64,000 bases of DNA from IMG/VR virus record IMGVR_UViG_3300023174_000036, positions 248,001-312,000 of that record; one strand, 5' to 3'. The stretch's first letter is position 1. The number at the start of each line of letters is the position of its first letter. A program made the position numbers and the translations under genes. The notes beneath the pieces are model-generated. The model had not been told where the DNA came from. It did no database searches and was given only the letters and a program-made list of their open reading frames with translations. This document shows, piece by piece, positions 52,967 to 63,554 of this stretch.

Positions 52967-54067
52967 TTATAATTCTGGTAATGCATCATACTCTAATGTC
53001 TCGCTCATTACACCTAGTACGTAGTTAGTACTTTCGTTTTCTTGTAATGCAGTTTGTTTCTTGCTGGTATCACTGTGTTTGTTGAACCAAGGAATTGGTG
53101 TTGACTTTGGAGCACTTGATTGATATTTGATCCCAATTTGTTTAAGCGCATCAACTGCTGTGTAGTCCACAAAGTCACGAAGGATGTTTGCATTGAGTCC
53201 AATGACTGGCCCCATCTTGAACAGATAACTGGCCCAATCTTTTTCTTCACGAATCACATCCATGTACAGTGCGTAGACTTCTGCTTCACATTCTGTTTTG
53301 GCTTCAACAAAGCGTGGATCTTCTTTGACTACTTGATTGATCAAATACGCAGTCCAACCTTTGTGCAACAGTTCGTCTTGCAAGATCAAACTGATAATAT
53401 TACCATTGCCAATAAAGATTTTATTCTCAACCATGGCCAAACTAGTGGCAAACGATGTCATAAATCGAAACGCTTCCAAAGCATAGCTGGCATGCAATGC
53501 CATCCAAATGGCTCGAATATGTTCTTTCTCTGTGACTTCCATACCAAGTTCTTTACGACAATTAATTTGATGTAATGCATCGTAGTAATTACCCACACTA
53601 CTAGCCATGTCAATAATTTCTTTAGTGTCGTGGATTGTGTTGAACACATCCTTAGGCACGTTGTAAATGTTACGGATAATATGACTATAACTTTTGCTGT
53701 GAATATTGGTTTCAAAAAATCCCCAGTTGTACATCAATGCCTCAACTTCAGGCAAGCTACACACTGGTGTGAACACTTGTGTTGGCCCACGGCCTTGCAA
53801 ACTATCCAACGCTGTTTGACGTAACAAGTTGCTGGTAAAAATATGTTTCACAGCATCACTTGCTTCTTTGAAGTCGTTTGAATCTTTGGTAAGACTTACT
53901 TCTTCCGGTTGCCAAAAGAAGCCACGTGCAGTAGCATCAAAGTCTGCAATCTTTTTGTATTTGACTTCTTCAAAGCGTTGGATAGTCACCGGACCTGCTG
54001 GATCCAGAAACATCTTACGGCTTAGGTAGTCTGTTTTTGTTGTTAAGTTATATTGTGCGGTGCTCAT
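52967..54067 (-). CDS. nrdB: Class Ia ribonucleotide reductase beta subunit
   Basis: FWQPEEV, ETNIHSKSY, LEAFRF, DELLH, QENE..NY. Confidence 0.95.
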   Translation of the reverse strand: MSTAQYNLTTKTDYLSRKMFLDPAGPVTIQRFEEVKYKKIADFDATARGFFWQPEEVSLTKDSNDFKEASDAVKHIFTSNLLRQTALDSLQGRGPTQVFTPVCSLPEVEALMYNWGFFETNIHSKSYSHIIRNIYNVPKDVFNTIHDTKEIIDMASSVGNYYDALHQINCRKELGMEVTEKEHIRAIWMALHASYALEAFRFMTSFATSLAMVENKIFIGNGNIISLILQDELLHKGWTAYLINQVVKEDPRFVEAKTECEAEVYALYMDVIREEKDWASYLFKMGPVIGLNANILRDFVDYTAVDALKQIGIKYQSSAPKSTPIPWFNKHSDTSKKQTALQENESTNYVLGVMSETLEYDALPEL

Positions 54068-54723
54068 TAATATTTTCCTGATGCAAGTACTATCTTGCAA
54101 ATATGTTCTAATCTTTCTATGTGCTCATATGCACGCCAAGGACTAGTGTCAATAGCAACAACTCCGTGTCCTTTGATGCCTACAATGTCATAGGCAATGT
54201 TTCCCATCTTGTCTAATTGTAACATCTTATGACACTGATCCGCAAGCTCTTGACTGATAGGAGGTACATCTCCCACATTGGGTGCAACCTTGGTATAACG
54301 ATTCAATTCTGGAAACGCATCGCTAATAGTGCTGAGATCGATACCGGCATGCATTGCGGCAATACAGTAAGTAGGATGAACATGTACTACTACTCGAACT
54401 TCTCCACTGTGCTGGCCCATTTCTTTTTGTAAGCCAAAATGTAATGGAATCTCACCGCTGGGTACTAGATTTTTACTGATATCGGTATACGGCAAATCTC
54501 TCCAACTATAACCAAAGATGCCTGTGCCGTTGCCACTATTGATAGTTCTATCAATTGCAATTTTTTTGAACTGATCAGGTTGTAGAGTTTGTTTACGTAC
54601 ACCGCTTGGTGTAATGTAAAAGTGATCACGGTCGTGATGACGAATACTCACGTTACCATCACGACTGGTAATCCAGTTACGCTTGTAAGCGTCTACCATT
54701 ATGTCACATATTGTTTCTAACAT
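54067..54723 (-). CDS. Class II aldolase/adducin family protein
   Basis: DGNVSIR, ITPSG, SGEIPLH, HVHP, GHGV. Confidence 0.9.
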   Translation of the reverse strand: MLETICDIMVDAYKRNWITSRDGNVSIRHHDRDHFYITPSGVRKQTLQPDQFKKIAIDRTINSGNGTGIFGYSWRDLPYTDISKNLVPSGEIPLHFGLQKEMGQHSGEVRVVVHVHPTYCIAAMHAGIDLSTISDAFPELNRYTKVAPNVGDVPPISQELADQCHKMLQLDKMGNIAYDIVGIKGHGVVAIDTSPWRAYEHIERLEHICKIVLASGKY

Positions 54724-57044
54724 TACAGTTTACAAGACTCGCAGTCTTCCTCGCTATCAAAATCTATTGGCTCCAGCATTGTAGGAGCTTCTTCTGCTTT
54801 CATCTTACTGCCTGCTTTGTTAATCAAACTATAGTAAAATGTTTTTAAACCCCACATGTGTGCTTGCATCAAATTCTTAGCAATCAATGTGGTTGGCACT
54901 TTGCGATCTGCAAAATGTGCTGGATTATAGAATGTGTTGGTGCTGATACTTTGATCCACATATGCCGCAAGCACTGCACTGGTTTTCAAATAACCGTCAC
55001 AGTCTTTTTGATCCCACATCATTTGATACTTGTTCTTGAGTTTGTGATATTCTGGTACCACTTGCACAAACGATCCTGCTTTGGATTCTTTCACACTGAT
55101 CAAGCTCATTGGCATTTCGATACCGTTAGTACTGTTGATAACAACGCTTGAACTTTCTACCGGAGCGATAGCCATCAGTGTAGCATTGCGAACACCGTAC
55201 TGTTTCATATTGACTCGTAGGGTTTCCCAATCTAGTTCTGGGGTAAAGTCAGCTAGTTCATTTACACCGTTGGCTCGTAACTCCCACGGAAACGTACCCT
55301 GGCCGTATCGTGTGTGTGAGCTATGCTGACAAGCACCACGCTCTCGGGCCAACTCAACTGTTGCTTCCGTTAAGTAAAACGCTTGATGTTCCATCCATGC
55401 TTTAACGTCTTGTAATGCATCTTTTTCGCCGTAGCGTAACCCACGCTTGGCATGCCAGTAGGCAAGGTTAGTAACACCAATGCCCAATGGTTGTATTTCA
55501 TCATTGCTTAACTTAGACTGGATAGATAAGAAGTCTTGGTAATCAAGTATGTTGCATAGACTACGCTGTAAAATGCGGCAAGCACGGCGCATGTCTTCTG
55601 GATTACGGAATGCTCCCCAGTTGATCGAGCCGAGTGTGCAAAGAGCAATGCGGCCATCAGCATCATCAAGACGCTTGAAAGATTTAGTAGGTAATAGTAT
55701 TTCACAGCATAAGTTACTTTGGTAAATTGTATGATACTCTGGGTCGAATGGTCCTTGTTTCATTACATTGTCAATAAACACAAGATAGATACGTCCTGTA
55801 TCAGTGCGCTCTTTCAGTATGCCCGACTTGAACACTTCTTCGGCTGACATTGTTTTCTTGCGAAAACCTTTTTGTTTTTCATATTTTACGTACAATTCTT
55901 CAAACAGTTGTGTATTTGCATAAAAGGCTTCGTACAAGTCAGGTACTTCATTGGGGTCAAAGAATGTTATGTCTTCTTTGTTTTTAAATCGTCTCCAGAA
56001 GAAAGCACTAAGCACAACCCCATAATCCATATGACGGACTCGGGTTTCTTCTGTTCCTTGGTTGTTTTTAAGAACAATAAGATCATCAAACTGATGATGC
56101 CAAATAGGATAGAATACAGTAGCACTTGCATTGCGAATACCTCCTTGTGAACATGATCGCAAATCACCAAACCATTTCTTCAAGAAAGGTATCATACCAG
56201 TGTGCATGATTTCGCCGCCGCGAATCGGGGAGCCCAATGGGCGTAAGCGACCGATTTCCAATCCGATCCCCGCACGTTTACTGGCATACTTGGCCATCAT
56301 TTCGCCTGACGCGAAAATACTGTCCAAATCATCATCCGAGCGAATAAGAACGCAACTACTAAATTGCTTAGTAGGCGTACCAAGCCCTGCCAACACTGGC
56401 GTGGCCAATGTAAATAGTCCGTCACTTGCGGCATTGTAATACTCCTTAATGTAACGCATACGAGCTGTATTAGGCTCTTCTTTGTGAAAGATTGTTGCTG
56501 ATGCAATCATGTACCTAATTTGTGGAGTTTCGTAAGTTTGTTTAGTACTGCGGTTTTTAACAAGATACTTTTCAATCAATTGTTCAATGGCCGCATACGA
56601 ATATGTTTCGTCCTTTTCGTGATCCAACATATCGTCCATTCGATTCCAATCTTCTTCGGTATACCATTCCAGAAGTTCACTGGTATACAAACCAGTTGCT
56701 ACATTTTTCTGCACAATGGAATATAAACTGGGAACTTCATAATGACCATACACATCTTTGCGTAGCATACTCAGTCGTTGTTTGCCTGCCACATATTGAT
56801 AATTAGTGTGACCAACATCTGGATTATTTTCTACATCAATAAGGTCTACTATAGCACGGAGTGTTATACCATCAATTTCTTCTGTAGTGATTCCATCATA
56901 GAAGTGAGGCTGTGCTTTGATTTCTATCATACTCTGACTGACGTCAGCTATACCTTTACAGACTTTGGCCACCTGCGCTTGCCATTTTTCAATGGTCAAC
57001 GGTTCTTTTTCACCGTTTCTTTTTATTACTGTAATTTTATTCAT
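54723..57044 (-). CDS. nrdA: Class Ia ribonucleotide reductase alpha subunit (with ATP cone)
   Basis: VIKRNG, SSCVL, SNLCCEI, APVESSS, KTFYY, C-terminal CESC. Confidence 0.97.
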   Translation of the reverse strand: MNKITVIKRNGEKEPLTIEKWQAQVAKVCKGIADVSQSMIEIKAQPHFYDGITTEEIDGITLRAIVDLIDVENNPDVGHTNYQYVAGKQRLSMLRKDVYGHYEVPSLYSIVQKNVATGLYTSELLEWYTEEDWNRMDDMLDHEKDETYSYAAIEQLIEKYLVKNRSTKQTYETPQIRYMIASATIFHKEEPNTARMRYIKEYYNAASDGLFTLATPVLAGLGTPTKQFSSCVLIRSDDDLDSIFASGEMMAKYASKRAGIGLEIGRLRPLGSPIRGGEIMHTGMIPFLKKWFGDLRSCSQGGIRNASATVFYPIWHHQFDDLIVLKNNQGTEETRVRHMDYGVVLSAFFWRRFKNKEDITFFDPNEVPDLYEAFYANTQLFEELYVKYEKQKGFRKKTMSAEEVFKSGILKERTDTGRIYLVFIDNVMKQGPFDPEYHTIYQSNLCCEILLPTKSFKRLDDADGRIALCTLGSINWGAFRNPEDMRRACRILQRSLCNILDYQDFLSIQSKLSNDEIQPLGIGVTNLAYWHAKRGLRYGEKDALQDVKAWMEHQAFYLTEATVELARERGACQHSSHTRYGQGTFPWELRANGVNELADFTPELDWETLRVNMKQYGVRNATLMAIAPVESSSVVINSTNGIEMPMSLISVKESKAGSFVQVVPEYHKLKNKYQMMWDQKDCDGYLKTSAVLAAYVDQSISTNTFYNPAHFADRKVPTTLIAKNLMQAHMWGLKTFYYSLINKAGSKMKAEEAPTMLEPIDFDSEEDCESCKL

Positions 57045-57261
57045 TATTGTCGAAACCTAACATTCATCTTGTAATTAACCTTACGAGGAAGTATTTAGTG
57101 AGAAAATCTTATTCGAATATTCTTCTTCGTATACACCGTTTTATGGGTGTTTTAAGGCACTAACAAAATGACATTGGGCTAGAAAAGTCCTTATCATTAG
57201 CGTAAACTAAATTATATACGCATTTTTTAAACTTGTCTAGCCCAACGGCGGAAATATTTGA

Positions 57262-59175
57262 TTATAGGTAGCTGGAATAAGAATAGTTAAAATAACCCTG
57301 ATCAGTTTGGTTACCCCAAGCAAGATTGGTGTAATAAATTCCAATTGATGTTGGTACTTGTCCTGGTGCGCCCGTGAATACAACACCGGCAGCATCAATA
57401 AACTGAGCTTTGAAATCCAATAACATTTGGTTATTACCAGACGGGTCAGTGCCAGCAAAGTTATAGTCATCACTCAACTGTAATTTGGCATTTAGAACAT
57501 CAGCCACTATTTGAATAGTGCCTTGTCTAGTGAAATTTTGTGCTGTGCTTTTATAAAAATATTTGATAGTGTGTGTAATACTTTCTGTGGGAACTCCAAA
57601 TGCATCAGTTGAACATGGCAATCTAAAAGCCAAGTCAGCAGTGGTTCGATAACCTAAAATAATTTTATTAAACATTTGAGGAGCGTAACTACCATGTCCA
57701 GCAAACTCAGGCACATACTGAGTAGTCAGCACCAAAGAAGTTGCCATCTCAATGTGTCTATCAGATATATCATTCACACTGCCGTTGCCATATGTGGCAA
57801 AATATATTTGCGGATATCGGGCGCTGAGACTACTGGTGCCACCGTCATTGCCTACATTTTTGTATATGCAATTTCTAGTGGTATTGTTAGTGCCAAGACC
57901 TAGATACACTGCATGTCTTTTAATGTTGTTGAATCTGCAATTGGTAATATTGGTGTTGCGCGGTCCGTACTGTTGTCCCACGGTCTGTCCATCGGCACCT
58001 TCTCCAAACACAAAACTTTGATAACCGTTATCAAAGAAACAGTTTTCAAAATCGTTATCAATTATGTCTTGTTTTGCGTATACTGCGTATGTAAAGTTTG
58101 TAAATCGAATATTTTTAAACAAGTTAGCAGAGCAAGTGACCAAACTGCTAAAACTGTTCAATGCAATACCAACGTTTTTAGTATTGGTTACTCCGCCCCA
58201 ATCGCCTTGTAAATTTAAATCCGTAAACTTACTGTCTTTGACACAGTTCAAAGTCAAACATCCGTTTTTACCAGTAGGTGCATGAATAGTCATGCCTTCT
58301 AATTCAATGTTACGTGGTTGATTACTGTTGGTGGTTGATGAGATGATGGACGGATTTCCAACTGTTGATGTATCATTAACAAACTCTATGGCAGACTTGG
58401 TCAATGTAACAGTAAATGTTATGGCAGTTTGTGTGACTGTGGCGTTGGCGCTCAGCGTTACACTAACGTTGGGAACAACACTAACAATAGTAGCTCCAGC
58501 AGGAATTCCGTTGCCGGTTATCAATGCACCGACCATACGTGCATTTGCTCCGCTGGTAGTTAATAAAGACTGTCCATTAGTAGTTGCACCTGTAACAGTA
58601 GATACTGGATTATAATATATGAAAGTCTTATCGGCGCCTGCACCTACTATGCTTGCATATGCCGGAACATATAATGTAGACGATATGTTATATACACCAG
58701 GTTGTAGTACCAATGTTACTCTAGTTCGTTTGGCAATAACCGATGTACCTGACGATTTGGTAGTGGGATTTAAAAATAACTGATTGATAGCACGTTGTAG
58801 TGTAACAGTATCGTCCGCAACTCCATTGCCAGTTACACCAAAATCGTAAGCTGAAACAACATCATCTAATTTGTCTTGTAGTAATCGTGTAGTGGGATTA
58901 TTGGCTGTGGGACCAGTAGTTATGCTGGAATCGGTAGCATGATAAATGTGTTTGATAGTGTTAAGAATGTTGAATTGTGTTTCAAGATCCTTTTGCGTAA
59001 GAATTTTTGTATTTCCTACTGCCGGACTGCCTTCGCTGACAGCTCCGTTGCCAATGTACAATTCCTGACTATCAATGGCCCACGCCATTTCGCCCGATGC
59101 CAATTGAGGTAGCCCAGTACCACTATTAATTTTACCGCGTCGAACTTGAATTCGACTAATTTGAACCACAGCCAT
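57262..59175 (-). CDS. Virion/tail protein with pectate-lyase-like beta-helix
   Basis: ISRIQVRRG...GEMAWAIDSQELYIG anchor; DFGVTGNGVADDT. Confidence 0.8.
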   Translation of the reverse strand: MAVVQISRIQVRRGKINSGTGLPQLASGEMAWAIDSQELYIGNGAVSEGSPAVGNTKILTQKDLETQFNILNTIKHIYHATDSSITTGPTANNPTTRLLQDKLDDVVSAYDFGVTGNGVADDTVTLQRAINQLFLNPTTKSSGTSVIAKRTRVTLVLQPGVYNISSTLYVPAYASIVGAGADKTFIYYNPVSTVTGATTNGQSLLTTSGANARMVGALITGNGIPAGATIVSVVPNVSVTLSANATVTQTAITFTVTLTKSAIEFVNDTSTVGNPSIISSTTNSNQPRNIELEGMTIHAPTGKNGCLTLNCVKDSKFTDLNLQGDWGGVTNTKNVGIALNSFSSLVTCSANLFKNIRFTNFTYAVYAKQDIIDNDFENCFFDNGYQSFVFGEGADGQTVGQQYGPRNTNITNCRFNNIKRHAVYLGLGTNNTTRNCIYKNVGNDGGTSSLSARYPQIYFATYGNGSVNDISDRHIEMATSLVLTTQYVPEFAGHGSYAPQMFNKIILGYRTTADLAFRLPCSTDAFGVPTESITHTIKYFYKSTAQNFTRQGTIQIVADVLNAKLQLSDDYNFAGTDPSGNNQMLLDFKAQFIDAAGVVFTGAPGQVPTSIGIYYTNLAWGNQTDQGYFNYSYSSYL

Positions 59176-59202
59176 GAGAATATCCTCTATATAGGATATT
59201 TA

Positions 59203-59919
59203 TCAGTTTTCTCTGTAGTACTGCTCCACCCTATTCCACCACTGCTTTTCCCAGTGAGCAAACATGTCTGGGGTAAGAATAAACTCCTGATAAGCCGGTT
59301 CTCCCCAAACCATAGGTGTAATTTCGGGAGGTTTTACGCACATGAATACTACACCTTTGCGAATGTTGGTCTTATGTACTTCGTTATGAGCCAGCGCATA
59401 AGCCACCATTTGCAAGTAATAGTCTTCAATCCACTCTTCTTTTTTGGGTTTGTTGGTTTGTTTATGGTCCATGATTGCACCCTCATTCAAATGAAGTCCT
59501 ACACAATCAGTAGTTCCCGCATATAAACCTGGATAATACAAACCAACTTCAACACCCCACACTTCGTTAACGTTTTTAAGTCCATGTTCGATAATGTGTT
59601 TGGCCATCTTGTGACTTTGCACACTGTATGGATTTGATCCTGGATCGTTGAGTGTGCCTTGCACAATGTAATCTTCCAAATACTTGTGCATACGTGTACC
59701 GCGGCTGGCAGCTTCGGTAACAATCTCAGTGGCTTTCTTTTCGCCCACAGATCGCCGCCATGCTTGTAAGGCGGCAACTTTTTCTGCTGGTTTGGTTTTG
59801 TCTAGTATTGTTGTAACGGATGGCAGTTTGCCACCGTCTGGCGTGGCGTATAAACGCTTGCCTTCTACACTTTCTCTGTTTAGGGGAGTGTAGTCATATC
59901 TTTCAGTTAATAAGGTCAT
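59203..59919 (-). CDS. PD-(D/E)xK exonuclease
   Basis: PSVTTIL, RGTRMH, YAGTTD, IMDHKQ, QMVAYA. Confidence 0.9.
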   Translation of the reverse strand: MTLLTERYDYTPLNRESVEGKRLYATPDGGKLPSVTTILDKTKPAEKVAALQAWRRSVGEKKATEIVTEAASRGTRMHKYLEDYIVQGTLNDPGSNPYSVQSHKMAKHIIEHGLKNVNEVWGVEVGLYYPGLYAGTTDCVGLHLNEGAIMDHKQTNKPKKEEWIEDYYLQMVAYALAHNEVHKTNIRKGVVFMCVKPPEITPMVWGEPAYQEFILTPDMFAHWEKQWWNRVEQYYREN

Positions 59920-59956
59920 ACAGTATGTTAAACTATATGACCTTATTTGTCAATGC

Positions 59957-60319
59957 TTATTTGCCTAATTTGGTTGCACGTTTTGCCATTTTCTCAACTT
60001 CGCCGGTTTTTTCTCCGCCTTGTTGTTGTCTGTTTTGTTGATTATTGGTTTTTAACACAATGCCTTGACCATCAAATCGATCAATGAACTTTTTCAGTAA
60101 TGGGCCTTCTTGTGGATCATCCCAACGGGCAACAAATGCATCATATGCTTCAGCATCACTGTCACCCAGTGTGGGCATGTCTCTATTGGCCAATTCAGTG
60201 TTTAATGTATCCCATCGAAGATTGCCTTCGATTCCGTTAGGGCCTTGATTGTTTGCGTCTGATTGAAGAACCCAAAGAATACGTTCTAAGGGTTCTATGT
60301 TCTCAATTATTTTTTTTTT
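59957..60319 (-). CDS. Predicted -1 frameshift extension of the 60307-61302 protein (includes ORF 59957-60193)
   Basis: -1 frame open from the A10 run at 60310-60319 to 59957. Confidence 0.55.
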   Translation of the reverse strand, partial: KKKIIENIEPLERILWVLQSDANNQGPNGIEGNLRWDTLNTELANRDMPTLGDSDAEAYDAFVARWDDPQEGPLLKKFIDRFDGQGIVLKTNNQQNRQQQGGEKTGEVEKMAKRATKLGK

Positions 60320-61302
60320 GAAGCTAACAACATGCCCAACTTGCGGCTATAGTCAATGCTTTCACGCTTCTCACGACCCACTTCAGGTGCTGGAGGAGTT
60401 TCTTCTGCTGGTGCGGCGCCTGACATGTCAGCGGCCATGCCTGCCATTGCATCACCTCCCATGGAAGGCAATCCGCCTGTTGGTGCAGGTGCGCCCATTG
60501 TTGGTGCTTCACCGCCTGATACTAAAGATAAGCCTGTTGATAGACCGGTTCTTGAAGTTTCTAATGCTGTGTATACTGCCTCTAATGCAGGTTTAACTGC
60601 ATCTTGATATTGTTGTGCAACATCACTTCCTTGAGTTTCTCTTATAGAGTCCATTAGTTCAAGCAATTGTTCTGCTTTCATTGCGGCCACATCTTCTAGC
60701 CAGCCTGTAATACGGTCTACCATGTCTTTTGTAGCCATGATGATTTCGGCCTTGTCTTCTTCGCCTTCAGCAAGAATATAACTTGCTTGTGATTCTGTTA
60801 AGTCGTAACGAATTGATAATTCTGCTTTGAGTTCTGCGTTGTCGCTTTCGCCCAATGTCATTCGTTGAATTGCACTGTTGATCCAATTTGATGGAACTGA
60901 AAACCCTTTAGCACGTTGTCCAATAATGGTTGCTTTGTATTGGTTAACACTTTCATTTTTCTTTTGTTTTTTCATTGTTTCTTCTTCGTCTTGTGATTCA
61001 TCAAGATCGCACTCACATGGCGCTTTGTGGCAATCACTGCATTTGCCTTCTTCGCGTTCCATGATTTCTTGATTGATAACATCAAGCAAAGCACGAGTCT
61101 TTTGATAAGCTGGACTTCCACTCAATGAGTCAAAACTTTCATTCATTTCGAGTTGGCTCATTTCAGTGCGTAGTTTGTTTTGCACGTCTGAAAGCTGAAC
61201 ATCGTTGAATTGTTCCAGTTTCAATTTGTATCCAAAGTTCTTAGCTAGACTTTCGTTGAGTCTTTTGCTAGTAACAGGTTTTGATAGTTCTCTAATTTGC
61301 AT
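60307..61302 (-). CDS. Probable head-assembly/scaffold-like protein
   Basis: Acidic helical protein with P/A/G-rich tail; TAAATA upstream; function inferred only. Confidence 0.6.
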   Translation of the reverse strand: MQIRELSKPVTSKRLNESLAKNFGYKLKLEQFNDVQLSDVQNKLRTEMSQLEMNESFDSLSGSPAYQKTRALLDVINQEIMEREEGKCSDCHKAPCECDLDESQDEEETMKKQKKNESVNQYKATIIGQRAKGFSVPSNWINSAIQRMTLGESDNAELKAELSIRYDLTESQASYILAEGEEDKAEIIMATKDMVDRITGWLEDVAAMKAEQLLELMDSIRETQGSDVAQQYQDAVKPALEAVYTALETSRTGLSTGLSLVSGGEAPTMGAPAPTGGLPSMGGDAMAGMAADMSGAAPAEETPPAPEVGREKRESIDYSRKLGMLLASKKK

Positions 61303-61341
61303 GATGGCGTCCTAAGATATCTTATTGTGTATTTATACTTT

Positions 61342-61803
61342 TCAGCTGGCGAAAGTCCATTTAAAAGACTGTGATATTTGATTCTTGTAATGATCCGACC
61401 TATCCTGACTGTATTCCAACTTATTTAACAATATCAAATACCTATCATAATCAATAGACTTCTTGGCAATGTTGTTTTTGAATACTAGTGTATCACAATA
61501 ATGCGTCCAATAGTGCCTATCCAACTGCTTGATACTGTTGAATTTATTAAGGTCTAATCGATGATATGCTTTTGCGGCCATAAGAGCACAGGTTTTGAGA
61601 TAAAACTGTTCTATGAATGGCCCGGATTTGTAATGTAGTGCCCAGTTTTTAAATTTGTCTAATTTAATTACAAATTCTTTATAAACAATGTCGCCGTTAG
61701 GCTGTATGCTTATAGGCAGAGTTTTTGCAAGGTCTACTTCAAACTGTCCAGCAAGTTCTTTGATAAATTTAGGTTTGGGTTTATTTGATTTTTTCATTTG
61801 CAA
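61342..61803 (-). CDS. Hypothetical protein
   Basis: ORF in operon. Confidence 0.7.
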   Translation of the reverse strand: MQMKKSNKPKPKFIKELAGQFEVDLAKTLPISIQPNGDIVYKEFVIKLDKFKNWALHYKSGPFIEQFYLKTCALMAAKAYHRLDLNKFNSIKQLDRHYWTHYCDTLVFKNNIAKKSIDYDRYLILLNKLEYSQDRSDHYKNQISQSFKWTFAS

Positions 61804-62035
61804 CTACACTAGGATCGTTCATTCCTATTTTAGTTATCAAACTCTTGCGTATCATGACCTGAACTTTGAATTGATCTTGCTCACTCAGCTGACTGAGTTT
61901 AACTGGTTGTTTTAAACGTGCTAAGAGTTTAGCTTCTTCACGGGTAGTCCAAATATCAAATCCGTCAAGGATATTGTATATTTTTTCGTTCTTTGGACTG
62001 TGTTCGTAGCCGTCTAAAAGTTCGCTTATTTTCAT
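61781..62035 (-). CDS. Hypothetical protein
   Basis: ORF in operon, ATGA coupling. Confidence 0.7.
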   Translation of the reverse strand: MKISELLDGYEHSPKNEKIYNILDGFDIWTTREEAKLLARLKQPVKLSQLSEQDQFKVQVMIRKSLITKIGMNDPSVVANEKIK

Positions 62036-62838
62036 CTTAAGCCTGCGATAGTTCTCATTTTTTCTAGTAACTCATCATCAGCTTGTTTGGCCGCAGTGTC
62101 TGCACTTGGCGTCACCGGCTTAATAGATTGTGGTCTATCCGATGGTTGCTGACTTGTTGGCATATTGTCTGCTTGAGCCGCTAGTGATTTTAAGTCGTCA
62201 ATCATTTTTAAAAATTCTGGATCATTAAAAACCTGAGACATTTTTTGCATAGTCAACACTATATCAACATTACCATGCCCGTCTGGAACTATGAATTTCT
62301 TTGCAGATTCCATATCAGCTGGACTTAGATCCGTATCGTTTTCACGTGCTGTTTGTGCCAACCCTGCCATAAACTCTTCAGGAGTCATACTGAAACTGTC
62401 GTCTTGATCTTCGTAATTATAACTGCCTGTCACATGTGGTTTCACACTGACATCTTTGATAAAGTCATCAGTAGGATCTCCGCCGATATCTTCTGCGGCC
62501 GCAAGTTCAACATTCGCTCCTATTGCCGGACCCATTGGTTTATTAGGATCTTGATTGGCATCAGCTACTGCATCGGGATTCAAAGTAAACTTGTTAGGGT
62601 CAGTGGGATCAGCCATGACAGACGCTACTTTCTCTGGAGGCAGTATGAGTTGTGTGCCGTCTGGTTTGGCCAAAGTCAAACCAGTGTTGGGGTCGTTTTG
62701 TGTAACTTTGTATGCTTCACCATCTTCGTTGACATCAGCTTGAGGCATGCCGGGTTTGGTAGTTTGTTGTTGTGGCTTTTTGGTATAGAGCTTGGCTCTG
62801 TGGCCTTTTTTATGTTCTACAATATCTTTAATCTTCAT
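62032..62838 (-). CDS. Hypothetical protein
   Basis: ORF in operon. Confidence 0.7.
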   Translation of the reverse strand: MKIKDIVEHKKGHRAKLYTKKPQQQTTKPGMPQADVNEDGEAYKVTQNDPNTGLTLAKPDGTQLILPPEKVASVMADPTDPNKFTLNPDAVADANQDPNKPMGPAIGANVELAAAEDIGGDPTDDFIKDVSVKPHVTGSYNYEDQDDSFSMTPEEFMAGLAQTARENDTDLSPADMESAKKFIVPDGHGNVDIVLTMQKMSQVFNDPEFLKMIDDLKSLAAQADNMPTSQQPSDRPQSIKPVTPSADTAAKQADDELLEKMRTIAGLR

Positions 62839-63535
62839 CTTGTTCCCCGAGGCTTAGTTGTTTGCTTTGTAAGTGATCAATGCGTTTGCGCAATTTGTCT
62901 ATCTGTCCCCTGGAACGCAATAGCTTAAATGCCAAATTCTCAATGCTGTATTCGCCGCCAGATTCTAATCCAGCTTTGCGTAAACGATAGATGTGATCCA
63001 TTGTTTCTTCAGCAGTATTTAAGTCATTTGACCGTAGAGATTGGTTTATCTTTCCTGCGTAGTTGCGGGCTTTCTTTTTGATTTCTTTAGGATCTACATC
63101 AGGAGTAAGTTCTTTAGGCTCACTCAGCCATTTGCTGTCTAATACACTATAAATGCCTGCGCTATGATGTGGCTCTGCGGCATCTTGCACATACACTTCT
63201 ACAGGTATATCTTTAAGTGTAATTCGGTATTGGCTGTTGTACTGATTTTTCTTAGCATTGAACAGCTCCTTGAGATCTGGATGATCCTTGGGCATGTTGG
63301 CTATCAAGTGTAGATCTATGTCGCTGTGCTTGCTGTAACCAAAGCTGGCATTGCTGCCGCTGATGGTAATGTCAGTAAGATCCAAATTGGGTATGTTGAT
63401 GTAGTCTATAAAGTGCTTGGCAATTTGTAGCAGTTTATAACGGATTTCCAGTTTGAGTTCGGTGCCGTCCCACAGGCTGGGGTTTAGCTTGTTGTGCGTG
63501 GGTGCAAATTCTGATTGAGTTTCTTGAGCATACAT
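62828..63535 (-). CDS. Pol-beta-superfamily nucleotidyltransferase
   Basis: GSNASFGYSKHSDIDLH (GS...DxD), PVEVY. Confidence 0.85.
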   Translation of the reverse strand: MYAQETQSEFAPTHNKLNPSLWDGTELKLEIRYKLLQIAKHFIDYINIPNLDLTDITISGSNASFGYSKHSDIDLHLIANMPKDHPDLKELFNAKKNQYNSQYRITLKDIPVEVYVQDAAEPHHSAGIYSVLDSKWLSEPKELTPDVDPKEIKKKARNYAGKINQSLRSNDLNTAEETMDHIYRLRKAGLESGGEYSIENLAFKLLRSRGQIDKLRKRIDHLQSKQLSLGEQDED

Positions 63536-63554
63536 GGTACTGTATTTAACAGAA

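Noticed and set aside
52967-57044. Introns, inteins or homing endonucleases in nrdA/nrdB
   Set aside because: Both ORFs are continuous and of normal length; no LAGLIDADG, HNH or GIY-YIG motif seen
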